Assembly: GCF_044704955.1 (NCBI RefSeq)
Contig: NC_091980.1
Location: forward strand, 133,362,001-133,426,000
Direction of reading: 5' to 3'
Length of the DNA: 64,000 nt
DNA from: Pristiophorus japonicus
Taxonomy: Eukaryota
Part shown: positions 53,656 through 64,000 of the stretch, one piece after another
Position numbering within the stretch: the first letter of the stretch is position 1
Layout of the letters: every line of letters starts with the position of its first letter
The notes under the pieces: generated by a model
What the model was told of the DNA's origin: nothing
Seen by the model: the letters and a program-made list of their open reading frames with translations, nothing else
Database searches by the model: none
Translations under genes and position numbers: made by a program

Positions 53656-54116
53656 GTCAGCTGTGGCTCAGTGGGTAGCACACTTGTCTCTGAGTCAGAA
53701 GGTTGTGGGTTCAAATCCCACTCCATAGACTTGAGCACATAAATCTAGGCTGACATTCCAGTGCAGTGCTGAGGGAGTGCTGCATTGTCGGAGGTGCCGT
53801 CTTTCGGATGAGACATTAAACCGAGGCCCCATCTGCTCTCTCAAGTGGACGTAAAAGATCCCATGGCACTATTTCGAAGAAGAGCAGGGGAGTTATCCCG
53901 GTTGTCTTGGCCAATATTTATCTCTCAATCAACATAACAAAAACAGATTATCTGTTCATTATCACATTGCTGTTTGTGGGAGTTTGCTGTGCGCAAGTTG
54001 GTTGCACCGTTTCCCACATTACAACAGTAGCTACACTTCAAAAAGTATTTCATTGGCTGTAAAGCGCTTTGAGACGTCCAATGGTCATGAAAGGCGCTAT
54101 ATAAATCCAAGTCTTT
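53656..54116 (+). mobile_element. Full-length tRNA-derived Deu-domain SINE (SacSINE1-like)
   Basis: A box TGGCTCAGTGGG, B box GGTTCAAATCC, Deu core GATGAGACATTAAACCGAGGCCCC, LINE-like tail GCGCTATATAAAT. Confidence 0.82.
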
Positions 54117-54279
54117 TTAATAGCGTTGCTGTTCGTAAAGCCCCAGACTGCTGCCAGTATAGCAGAATGAGGGTGTTTTTGCAGCTTCCTTGTGCTCTCG
54201 GACTTAAGCGAACACCCAACCACGTGAGATGAATCACTAATTCTGTGTTAACTTGTCTTCTCTGCCACCATTATTCCAG

Positions 54280-54363
54280 GCACTTGTTGATGTGGATGAG
54301 ACCTTCAGGAAACCCATCCTCGGGAAAGCCTTTTACAACGAGCCAACGTTAACCATCAGCAGG
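54280..54363 (+). CDS. LSM11: LSm11 exon 3
   Basis: ALVDVDETFRKPILGKAFYNEPTLTISR; CAG acceptor, GTAAGT donor. Confidence 0.95.
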
Positions 54364-54943
54364 GTAAGTAGAGGCCTCAAATTTCCTCCCCACTTCCTTG
54401 CCCCAAAGATGCTGACTCGCAGGCACCAACTGCCCTCTGGTATATCATGCGTGATTGCAGATCCTGAGTGCAGCAGGGCCTCCGCCCTATATTCATCCTC
54501 CACAGTTTAAGGGGAAGCTAGATAAATACATGAGGGAGAAAGCAATAGAAGGGTTATGCTGAACGAGTTAGATGAAGTTGGGCGGGAGGAGGCTCGAGTG
54601 GAGCATGAAAACCGGCACAGACCAGTTGGGCCGAATGGCCTGTTTCTGTGCACTACGCGCTATGTAATTGTAGAATTCAGGTTGCTCTAGGTGAGATCGC
54701 CTAACTAGTTCAGTGACAAACTGGTCACTGTATTTACCCCACTAGTTGTTTAATGCTTTAACAAAGTGGTGAATTCATCATTCCTGTTGCAGACCCTGTC
54801 CCAATCAATCATTATGCAGTGTTATGATTCTATGATGAGTTAAAGGCCTTTCGGTGCATATGTGCTTACCCAATCCTTTGCTGGATCTTAGCCCTCCCCT
54901 ACCTGCTGGGATAGGCCCCAATAATTAAGCAAATTCAGGAGTC

Positions 54944-55750
54944 TGTTAAAAATATCCTCTCTGATCTCTCATTGGTGATCGCCCCTTCGATATGCCATGA
55001 TCACTAAGATCTGGATCACAGGTCGCACACAGATTACCCAAAGGGTCTTGGGAGTCATAAGTTGTTTTATTAAGGAGCAGCAGTTCAAATATCATCAAAA
55101 ACAACATGCCATTAGGACAGCTATAGTAGACATACAACCCGTAACAGATGAGAACGGTTTACGGCCCCGGTATGGACGGACATACGTTGAGGCAGAACGA
55201 TGATCGGATGCCTGTGGCAGTGGCCTCTTCCTCTTCGTCTCCCGAGCTGGCGCGCCGAAGCTAACATGAATCTACCCCGGGAAGCTCTTCCCCTTGCTGC
55301 CTGTTTATATATCTTATTTCGGGGGGTGGGGACGGGTGGATACCTCGCGTTGATCATTGGTTTAATCGCTTTTACCCATTCAATTGTCCAATTACAGGGG
55401 AATGGGTACGGCAGCCCCCTCCCAGTCTCGTGAGATCATTCCCCTGCTTATATCTTGTTTGGACATCTTGCTACCATCTCCTAGACAGTTTGTTTATCAT
55501 AAGGCTCCTTATTCGACCTTTTACCAGGCCCAGCTATGCCCACCCGAAGGCCTGTTCTGTGTTCCCTCCTTGTAACGACCTCAGCTCTTTGTGCAACTCC
55601 TTATCTGGCGTGATTGAGATTCTTCTGTGTCATCAACTTCTCCTGGCTGCTGAGCTCGGCAAACCCATTTCTTTTCTAAAACCATTATTTATTTTACAGT
55701 TCCCACTTTCTTCCAATTCACAATTTCTTGCATCCTCATTGTCCAAAAAT
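54944..55750 (-). mobile_element. Possible LTR-like insertion in LSM11 intron 3
   Basis: Begins TGTTA; CpG-rich; minus-strand TATATAAA near 55303 and AATAAA near 55066; right boundary and TSD not identified. Confidence 0.35.
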
Positions 55751-56089
55751 ACAACTGGCACGTTCTTGAAGGATTGCCCAGAGGAGTATAATCCCATAGG
55801 TCACATCAGCAGCAGTGAAGCTGCACAGGCTAAATATTGATAGTGATGAGAAACGGTGTATCTCAAAACACTTGTCTTCACTAACTACATAATTCACAGT
55901 TCAAATTCAATCCAATTCTCAAAGGTTTCAAAGTTCTAATTAAAGGCAGCCAATTAAAAATGTATCTGATCGTATGATTACCTTTTATTTATGAGCGTCA
56001 CGTATTGCAACTTCAGCATTAAATGAGCATTTTAACTACCATTAAAGCTGTGATTTGGTAAAGTAACATGTTGAGACTCATTGTTTGGG

Positions 56090-56185
56090 ACATTGCTCTG
56101 CATCTAACCCATGCTGTACCTGTCCTGGGAGTGTTTGATGGGACAGTATAGAGGGAGCTTTACTCTATCTAACCCGTGCTGTATT
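56090..56185. repeat. About 1.3 units of a ~68-bp satellite-like repeat
   Basis: TCTAACCC(A/G)TGCTGTA recurs at about 56103 and 56168 around CTGGGAGTGTTTGATGGGACAG. Confidence 0.55.
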
Positions 56186-56248
56186 TAGTTTATAATTCAG
56201 CTCCATGTAGATTATATTGTGTTCACTCGATTTTATTTTTAAATGCAG

Positions 56249-56629
56249 CTTTTTAACCGGCTTAAGCTACAAGAAGGGTCCATGGGTGATGAACCTGATG
56301 CCAAGACGATGGAACAAACAGGCTCTTTATCGAAGAAGTTTGAGGGTGGTCGAGCTGGACTGGATGACAGCAAGAGTGTGAGCTGTGTCGTTAAAACAGC
56401 ACGTGCACAGGTAGCCCCAGATACCTTCAAGCTCTCTGCACAGATTGAAGTTCTGGACCTTGCTCGATCGAAGAGGAGCTTGGAACAAATGAGCTTGGAG
56501 CCCAGGACTCCAACAGGAGAAAAACGGAAAGGCAGACCCAAGGTGGATTATCAGCAGGTTTCTCAAAGACATGTCAAACAACTCTTCATCCGGGGAGAGA
56601 ATATTTTACTGATCAGTTTAATGCAGTGA
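56249..56629 (+). CDS. LSM11: LSm11 exon 4 (Sm2 motif, stop codon)
   Basis: LFNRLKLQE...[17 protein letters not shown]; the spliced CDS is 1032 nt and open. Confidence 0.95.
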   Translation, partial: LFNRLKLQEGSMGDEPDAKTMEQTGSLSKKFEGGRAGLDDSKSVSCVVKTARAQVAPDTFKLSAQIEVLDLARSKRSLEQMSLEPRTPTGEKRKGRPKVDYQQVSQRHVKQLFIRGENILLISLMQ

Positions 56630-56798
56630 TGAATACAGAATGAGTGAGGGACAATTTGCCAACCACTGCCAGCACCTTGGCAAAAAGGGACTTCGTGGAG
56701 TATTGTACCAGGAAGGTAATGGGAAGGCAAGAGGCGGCAAACGCACCATTTGTTCTGTGCAAAACTTCAACTGTCTGGAAATCTGTCTGTTGACGGAA

Positions 56799-56804
56799 AA
56801 TAAA
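56799..56804 (+). terminator. Candidate LSM11 polyadenylation signal
   Basis: AATAAA 170 nt after the stop, with a downstream T/GT-rich tract near 56855-56875. Confidence 0.5.
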
Positions 56805-56899
56805 ATGAAATATCTGAATTGATGGCGTGATTGAGCAGAATTTCTACTGAATGGATTTTGTTTTTTTTAAGTGTTAGCTTCAAGTTTCTGGTTTGGCAG

Positions 56900-57292
56900 C
56901 TGATTGGCTCCCGGTTAAGCAACGCCTCAATTTCAAAATTCTCATCCTTATTTTCAAATCCCTCCATAGCCTCGTCCCTCCCTATCTCTAATCTCCTCCA
57001 ACCCCACAACCCCGAGATGTCTGCACTCCTCTAATTCTACTCTCTTGAGCATCCCTGATTACAATCGCTCAACCATTGGTGGCCGTGTCTTCTGTTGCCT
57101 AGGCCCCAAGCTCTGGAACTCCCTAAACCTCTCTGCATCTCTTTCCTCCTTAAAACATAGCTATTTGACCACCTGTGCTAATTTCTACTTATACAGCTTG
57201 GTGTCAAATTTGTGTCTCATAATACTCCTGTGAAGTGTCTTGGGACGTTTCGCTACATTAAATGCGCTATATAAATACAAGTTGTTGTTGAT
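56900..57292 (+). mobile_element. L2 LINE 3' fragment
   Basis: Reverse-complement similarity to 44655-45090; (GTT)n tail. Confidence 0.8.
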
Positions 57293-58304
57293 TCTGCCTT
57301 AGCTGGAACCTGATTGACAAAAATGTTTTTCTGTGCACTGTCTTGGCTGTATTGCTGGATATTAAATTGCCCAGGTGCTGGATTGAATGGTGTGTTTTTT
57401 ACACGATCTCTTGATTGCTGTGCTCCAGTAAATGGCTTGTTTCAAAACTTTGGAAATGGGACAAAAAGTGCCAAATAGCTGGTTGTGGCGGTGTTTCTTG
57501 TAATCCTCTGTCTACAGGGACTATAAATGGGGTTGTGTTAAAAGGAACCTGGATGTGTGTGCTGTGGGGGGCAAACAGCTCACAATTGTCCAAGGGAGAG
57601 CAAGCACTCTATTGCTGACTGCAGTGGGTTTGAGATTTAACCGTATCATGAGGCTTGGCACACAAGTTGAGAAGTTAAAGGTTGTGCCTTGTACCAAAGG
57701 TGTGTGTATTCATTTATAATCTGATTCCGAGGGAGCTGAGCAGCCATTGCAGAAGATAGTTACAGAACAGTACTTATAAGCAACCTTTCCTTTTAAACTG
57801 CGCAACCATGGGCCGGCTTTTCTGATAAATTTTGCGCATGTGCGAAATTGAATGGGCTGCACACTCAAAAGAAAATTGGGGTAACATTGCTTGTAAGTTG
57901 CAAAAAGGTTTCTGAATGAAGGCAATGATAGAGAAAAGGAAGAATTACTTAATGGGGGTGTGGGGTAGGAAGTTCTCTAGGTTATTTTGTTTTGTCTAAT
58001 ACATCACAAGCAATGAGGAATTTCCCTGGAATTAGCATCACTAGTGGTTGAGAGTGGTGGTGAATGAGGTAACACCATCTAGTATAAAGAACATTGATGG
58101 GCCTTAATAGAGCATCCCAGACATTGATGAGTTTACTTTTAACACGCACAGGAATATAAAGGGAGTTATCTTCAGTGTCCTGGCTAATATCAACATCGCT
58201 AAAACAGATTAGTCATTATCACATTGCTGTTTTTGGGAAGTTGCTGTGAGGAATTGGCTGTCACATTTCCTCCACTACAACAGTGACTACACTTCAAAAG
58301 TGAC

Positions 58305-58645
58305 CCTGAGCTTCTTAGCACTTTAATTTTCCACTCCACTCCTACTCTGACCCCTCTGTCCTCTGACTCCTCCACTGTTCCAATGAAGCTCAAGAAGCAG
58401 CACCTCATCTTTCATTTAGGCACTTTACAGCCTTCTAGATTCAACATAGAGTTCAGCAATTTCAGAGCATAACCTCTTCCCCATCTTTGGCTCCCTTAAG
58501 AATGTACTCTTTTTGAATATTTGGCAGTTCTGACGAAGGGTCGTTGACCCGAAACATTAACTTTGTTTTTCTCTCCACAGATGCTGCCTGACCCGCTGAG
58601 ATTTCCAGCATTCTCTTTTTATTTCAGATTCCAGCGTCTGCAGTA
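58305..58645 (+). mobile_element. Penelope-like element 3'/pLTR fragment, nested in a SINE tail
   Basis: HLIFHLGTLQP-type GIY-YIG C-terminal remnant followed by CTGACGAAGGGTC...GACCCGAAAC and CCACAGATGCTGCCTGACC. Confidence 0.7.
58526..58562 (+). ncRNA. Minimal type I hammerhead ribozyme motif, probably degenerate
   Basis: AGTT-CTGACGA-A-GGGTC-GTT-GACCC-GAAAC-ATT-AACT: core boxes, stem II and a short stem I. Confidence 0.6.
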
Positions 58646-59234
58646 TTTCATTGGCTGTAAAGCGCTTAAAGTATATCCCGAGGTCTTGAAAGATGCTATA
58701 TAAATCCGTCTTTTTTTTTCTTTTTCTTCTAATTATCTCGTATTCTCCCTTCCCCATGGAAGTGCATGCCAAGTGCAGACAGCTGTGATACTGCTGCCAG
58801 TGACCTAAGCTGCCACACTTACGGCTTTAACTTACACAAGCGCTGGTTATAGGACCCAGAGGGAAAATTCAAATCACACCATTCAATAAATTTGGTAACT
58901 TGTGGGCTCGCACCAGCTTGTCATAACATAACTGGATCACTAATGTACTTCATGGTCAGGAACCTGACCCCTCTACCCAGTCTGCCCTGTGCCATGACCC
59001 AGAAAGGGTCAATAAAAGTACAAACTGGGAATGGGCAATAAATGCAACTGTGTCGTGACAATTTAAAAAGAATACACAAAGGCTGAGCTAAAATACCTCG
59101 AGTGACTCGGGTGTATTTAATAATGGCCCAAACATTCACAGACTGCAACAACGCTGACTGGCTCACAACTACAGATTTCCAATGAAGGGGAATATTTGCA
59201 CAGCAAAGGATACAGAGTCGAAACAGATTTAAAA

Positions 59235-59835
59235 ATAAATTCGATTGTGGTGATAGGACAAGTTGAGAAGGCAGTTAAAGAAGCAGATGGGATCCTTGGT
59301 TTTGCAAATATAGGCTTGGAGTACAAAAACATGGAAGTTATGCTAAATCTTTATAAAGCTCTGGTTAGGCCTCAGCTGGCCTATCGTGTCCAATTCTGGC
59401 CATCACGCTTTCGGAAGGATGTCAAGATATTGGAGAGGGTGCAGAGTAGATTTACTAGACAGGAATGAGGGAGTTCAGTTATTTGGAGAAACTCGGGTTG
59501 TTCGCCTTAAACCGGAGGTGGTTAATGGAAGTTTTAATAGGTGTTCAAAATGAGGGGTTTTGCTAGAGTATATAAACGGGAATTGTTTTCAGTGGTAGGA
59601 GGGTCGGTAACCAGAGGACACAGATTTAAGATAATTAGGAAAAGAACCAGGAAAAATTAGAATTTTTTTTTTTTACTCAGCAAATTATCATCTGGAATGC
59701 ACTGTCTTTAGAGTAGTGGAAGCAGTGGAAAGAGTAACTTTCAAAAAGGAATTTGCAGGGCAGCAAAGAGCAGCAGAACAGGACTAGCCAGGACAGGCGT
59801 GTTGGGCCGAATGGCCTCCCTCACTGCATTGTATG
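59235..59835 (+). mobile_element. CR1 3' fragment
   Basis: LYKALVRPQLAYRVQFWP...LERVQSRFTR. Confidence 0.82.
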
Positions 59836-60944
59836 ATTAATGGACAGAACTTCAATACCATGTCAGCTCATTTTCAGTGGGCCTGGCCAGAATTTCCTGT
59901 ATCTGAATATTCCAGTTAATTATCAAATGAGTTATTGTGGTGGAAACTAACTATCCCAAGTCCCTCATCACTCCTACTGGAAAAGATAGCTGAAAGATCT
60001 TTTGTAATTCCTGGCCAGTACACAAACTGAATGATCCTTTCTGATAAATAAAAACTGCGAGGCTGGTAAAATAGCAGGTCCATCAGCCTCGATAAAGAGA
60101 GAAGATGTCTCTTCAGAACATTAATCTGCATTGACTCTCGGATGCAAACAGATTTGTGATTTTCCAGAGTGATTTGAATCCTTTCATTTCTGTGGGACAA
60201 ATACATTTTCTGTGAAACATTGAAAAAAATGACATACATCCATGCTGAGCCATTGCCTGTGCAACATCCTCCAGCACCAAAAGCAAGCAGCACATTAAAA
60301 TTTGAAATGCTAATACTATGCAAATCAAAACCTTAATGTACTAAGTATGCTTTTATTAGCATTTCAGTGGTTCTTAATTTAAATGGAATATGACATTTGC
60401 CTCTTAATATTCGATTACTTATTTAACTAATTGGGTCATTCTTGCACTAATGTGCCTCTGAAAGCACATAAGATTCTGCAGCCATTTGGCGCTCAAGCAT
60501 ACTTGGAAAGTTGAGTTATGGAGTGTCCTCGTTTCTAGGGTGATAGATTCCTCAAATGTAATACAGTAACATGCAACTCTGATAGAGCTGGGCAGTTAAT
60601 GTGTTGTCCGCAGGACTTCAGTATAATGGGCATGTGAAATTTACAGAGTACTGTATGTCCACTTAAGACAGTGAAAAACAGTCAGCAGTAAAGCCGCATT
60701 CTTCCCAGAGACAACCATTTGAATGAGGTAACAGTAGGCTGAGGTAGTGGTGTTAACAGTTCTGTCAGTCATAAGAGCAATGAGAGGTGAATACTGACAT
60801 CCATTACTTGTCACATAAGCATTCTGGCACAACTGCATGGTTTCCTATAACATTTTTGTTGCAATTTCTAAAATAAGCCCAGTGAACACAAATTTCATTT
60901 ATGCACTAACTTCCATATCTTATGTAGATAGGATCCCAGCGAGT

Positions 60945-61175
60945 TAGGGACTGGAGTGCTGCAGCTCAATGGGACAGTACAGGGGTCATGTACTGGGATG
61001 GAAGCAGCTCGATGTGACAGGATGGGGTCAGGTACTGGGGGAATGGGGGGGGGGGGGGGTTTACAACTCGATGGGACTGTACGGGTGTGGGGGTGGTTAG
61101 GTGCTGTGGGGCTACAGCTTGATGTGACTACACGGGAACAGTGGGGGGGTAGCAGTTCGCTTGATGTCTTCGGGG
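60945..61175. repeat. Degenerate ~50-bp minisatellite
   Basis: CAGCTCGATG(G/T)GAC-like core at about 60962, 61005, 61063, 61115 and 61158. Confidence 0.55.
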
Positions 61176-62501
61176 GGAAAAAGTCCAGTAAACAAGCCAG
61201 AAACATTTCATCTATCCAAATATCCTCCCACTGCTAATTCACCACTTCAATTCTATTTGACAATGATGATTTACACTACGTTAACTCCAATCCCAGTAAT
61301 GGCTGACAAAGATATTTTTCCTATAGGTACTAGATTATTAATGAATGAGCTCCTTTTTGAGCAGGTGCATGTTCATTAGATTGCCAGCTGCAGGGGTACC
61401 AGATGGTAAATGTAACTATCCGCTCCTCACAACATATCTGCCTCCACGAGTACCGTGTCCAATTTAAGAGCTGGTTAATTACTGAGCTTTGTGCCGTATG
61501 GCAGGGTTTTTTTTAAATCACATTTCTCAGCGACTGGCCCAACTAAATGTCAAGTAGTAAAATGTGATGAACATTACCTCAGTGTTTCTCCAAGCTAAAA
61601 TATTACAAAAAGATGTTGATATGCTATTTGCATTTCGTAGAAGAGCATAAATGACTGAGAAATCAACGAGAGAGAGAGAAATAGAATCAATAAAATGTAT
61701 TTTGAGCTTTTGAATCTAGTCCTTAGACAAAATTAACAGGCTGGGGGCTGATGGAACATAAGTGCACAGCAGATTGTTCTACATTGGAAAGGGAAAGACG
61801 TTAACATTTTGGGTGAAGACTGTTAGAACTGTACCTGAACATTACCTGTCAGATGCAGACAAGCCATGTGTACATTTCCAACCCTTTCTATTCTTATTTC
61901 AGATTCACATCATTTCCTGGTTTCAATAAAGTATTGTTTCAGAATTTTACACTGATTTACGCAAAATCACATTTTTTCTTAACCAGTATTTACAGTCTGA
62001 GAGGGACTCTTGATTGTCTCCTTCCTCTTGGGTTTCCATGGCGCTACTGCTGTTGCTAAAATCTATGGGGCCCGAAATTGGTCAATACCGATGGTCTGCT
62101 CATTTCTCGGCGGTATATCGTTTCATACCGCCGAAACTGAAGGCGGCAAAATTGGTGAAAAAATTTTTTGCTGTTATTTTGGCGGTAAGCATCTTAGTAG
62201 TCGATCAAGATCGACTCGCTGTTCGATGGGCGATGCAGTATGGAACTGCGCATGCGCAAAAAAAAAATCCGATTTTTTTTTTTTCCACAAGCGTTTTACC
62301 TGCGATTTCGGGGGTCAGGGGTCACCCACGCATGCGCAGTTAGTTGAGGAGGAGAGAATGAGGAGCAGCAAGGTAGTCGAAGGCCAGTGAGTTTGAAAAT
62401 AGATACCACAGTGGAAATAAATTGGTAGCAACTAATAATTATTCAGTTTCAACACAAGAACAGATACTTAAGAAGGGAAAATTAATATCCAGAAAAAAAT
62501 T

Positions 62502-62746
62502 ATGTCAATGTTAAAGAAAACATTCAAGCGCAGGAATATCGAAAAGGAAGGGAGGTTGAGGACACCTGTCTTCGATGAGACAGAGTTACCTGCCCTTCTG
62601 TAGCACATCACAGAGAGGTATTCCGAGCTAACCATGGGTGGTTGTGGAAAGCCCCTCCCAAAGGAGTACAACCGAATTTGGGACAAGATCAGGGAGGCTG
62701 TGTCCTCAAAGTATGATGGTACGCACTGGAGAAAGGTGTTGCAAGA
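62502..62746 (+). pseudogene. Harbinger Myb/SANT-like DNA-binding protein exon, with an in-frame stop
   Basis: RLRTPVFDETELPALL*HITERYSEL...RIWDKIREAVSS, followed by a GTAAGT donor. Confidence 0.65.
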
Positions 62747-63516
62747 GTAAGTAATGATTTTATTTATGCCCCCACCCCCGCATGTGCTATGTACCATGTA
62801 AATGTGAGTTCAGTGTCACACGGATGATGTTACTTATCTTAAGGTTACGGCAATGTATTTGTGCTTTTCAGGAAATGACAAGAGGATCAACTCCCAGATC
62901 TGAAGCCTCGCCTTCCACAGCACGAGCTTCCCCTGAAGCCCCAGTTATTACGCCTGCAATATTTCCCCCCACCCCCCATGACAGCAACGGCACTTGGGGT
63001 GCAGTGCTGGACACTGGCTTGGTATAAACCCGGGGAGGTCCATACCATGGGCACTGGGAAAGGGAAGGCGGCAGTAAGAAAGGGAGGAATAGTCCCATGG
63101 GTGGTGTACCACATGGCCGTGGAAGAGGCAGAGGGCGTGGGCGGGGAAAGTAAAGGGTTTGTTATTAAAGTTATAAAATTTTGTTAAAGTAGGTACTAAA
63201 GTTTTGTAAGTTTTGTTAAAGTTGTAACAGTTAATTTTTACAAAGTTTTGAAATTGTTGTATATTTTTTAAATTTTCAGATAAACATTTGAATTGAATTT
63301 AAGCACTCTTGTACAGTGTCAAACTTTTGGGGCAACAGTCATGAGGGTCCTAAAACGCAGCTCTCCACGTTCAAGTAAAGCGTTCATTTGAGCTGCTGAT
63401 GTAACAATTTTGCAGTGGCATACACTTCACGTGCCCTCCGCTGTGGTGTTGGGGGTGGTGCCATGGGTTCATCGGCAAGCTCCTAGTCATCCTCCTGCCT
63501 GCCCCTCATTGTCCTC

Positions 63517-64000
63517 TTATTCCTCCGTCTCCTGCACTCTCTCCTCAGGTGGTCCTGCAGTCCCCTGTGCCAATTCCTGTCCCCGCATGATTGCTAAATT
63601 ATGCAAGGTGCAGCACACCACTGTGAACTTAGCAACCTGCTCAAGGTGGTATTGCAGCCTGCCTCCAGAGTGGTCCAAGCATCGAAAGCGCTGCTTCAGC
63701 ACTCCAATTGTCTTTTCAATAATGTTACGTGTGGCTATATGGCTTTTATTGTGTTGTTGCTCGGGTTCTATGTGAGGGTTCCGTACGGGGGGGGGGTCAA
63801 GAGCCAGGTGACGAGGCCGTACTCTGTCGCCCAGCATCCACTTTGTGACTCAGACTTCAACAGTTTGGCCAGTGCTCTCCTGCAAGATATGCGCATCATG
63901 GATGCTCCCTAGAAAATTGACCTTCACTGCCATTATCCGCCGTGTATGGTCGCATACCAGCTGCACATTGAGGGAGTGGAATCCCTTACGGTTTTGGTAC
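63517..64000 (-). pseudogene. Harbinger (HARBI1-like) DDE transposase C-terminal half, frameshifted
   Basis: [49 protein letters not shown] and CCTLHNLA motifs. Confidence 0.9.

Larger units (their letters stand above)
62067..64000. mobile_element. PIF/Harbinger DNA transposon, left part, with convergent Myb/SANT-like and transposase genes
   Basis: Starts GGGGCCCGAAATT (TIR-like) and has the two-gene convergent layout typical of Harbinger. Confidence 0.85.

Noticed and set aside
53656-53745. tRNA gene
   Set aside because: The A/B boxes belong to a SINE head followed by a Deu domain and LINE tail; there is no proper cloverleaf.
46118-57300. U7 snRNA gene or histone stem-loop near LSM11
   Set aside because: No U7 Sm site with histone-downstream-element complement and no GGYYYTTYTNARRRCC hairpin was seen by eye.
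57826-57850. Imperfect palindrome AATTTTGCGCATGTGCGAAATT (NRF1-like)
   Set aside because: Isolated, with no CpG island or other support; could be chance or a DNA-transposon relic.
63517-64000. Domesticated host gene HARBI1
   Set aside because: It is frameshifted and embedded in a TIR-bounded element with a Myb-like partner, so it is a transposon copy.

Overview
Vertebrate nuclear DNA, most likely a cartilaginous fish (shark), judged from the Deu-type SINEs, CR1 and Tx1 families. It is dominated by nested transposable elements. Host genes are a complete four-exon LSM11 (+, 46118-56629, about 343 aa) and two tandem four-exon ferritin H/M-type copies (-, 23805-25648 and 41255-43859). As assembled, each ferritin carries a different 1-nt deletion in exon 1 and only a decayed iron-responsive element. 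The ferritins sit in a segmentally duplicated unit, and a third, gene-less remnant of that unit is also present. Mobile elements include a young but internally deleted endogenous retrovirus (30945-37411; 563-bp LTRs with 4 differences, GGAT TSD, tRNA-Leu PBS) whose Env TM resembles filovirus GP2/ASLV-type fusion proteins. Also present are two Gypsy elements, solo LTRs, CR1/L2/RTE/Tx1 LINE fragments, SINEs, two non-autonomous Harbinger-like elements with G-rich cores, the left end of a Harbinger transposon, and a Penelope fragment with a minimal hammerhead ribozyme motif. All calls were made by eye; no database searches were run.
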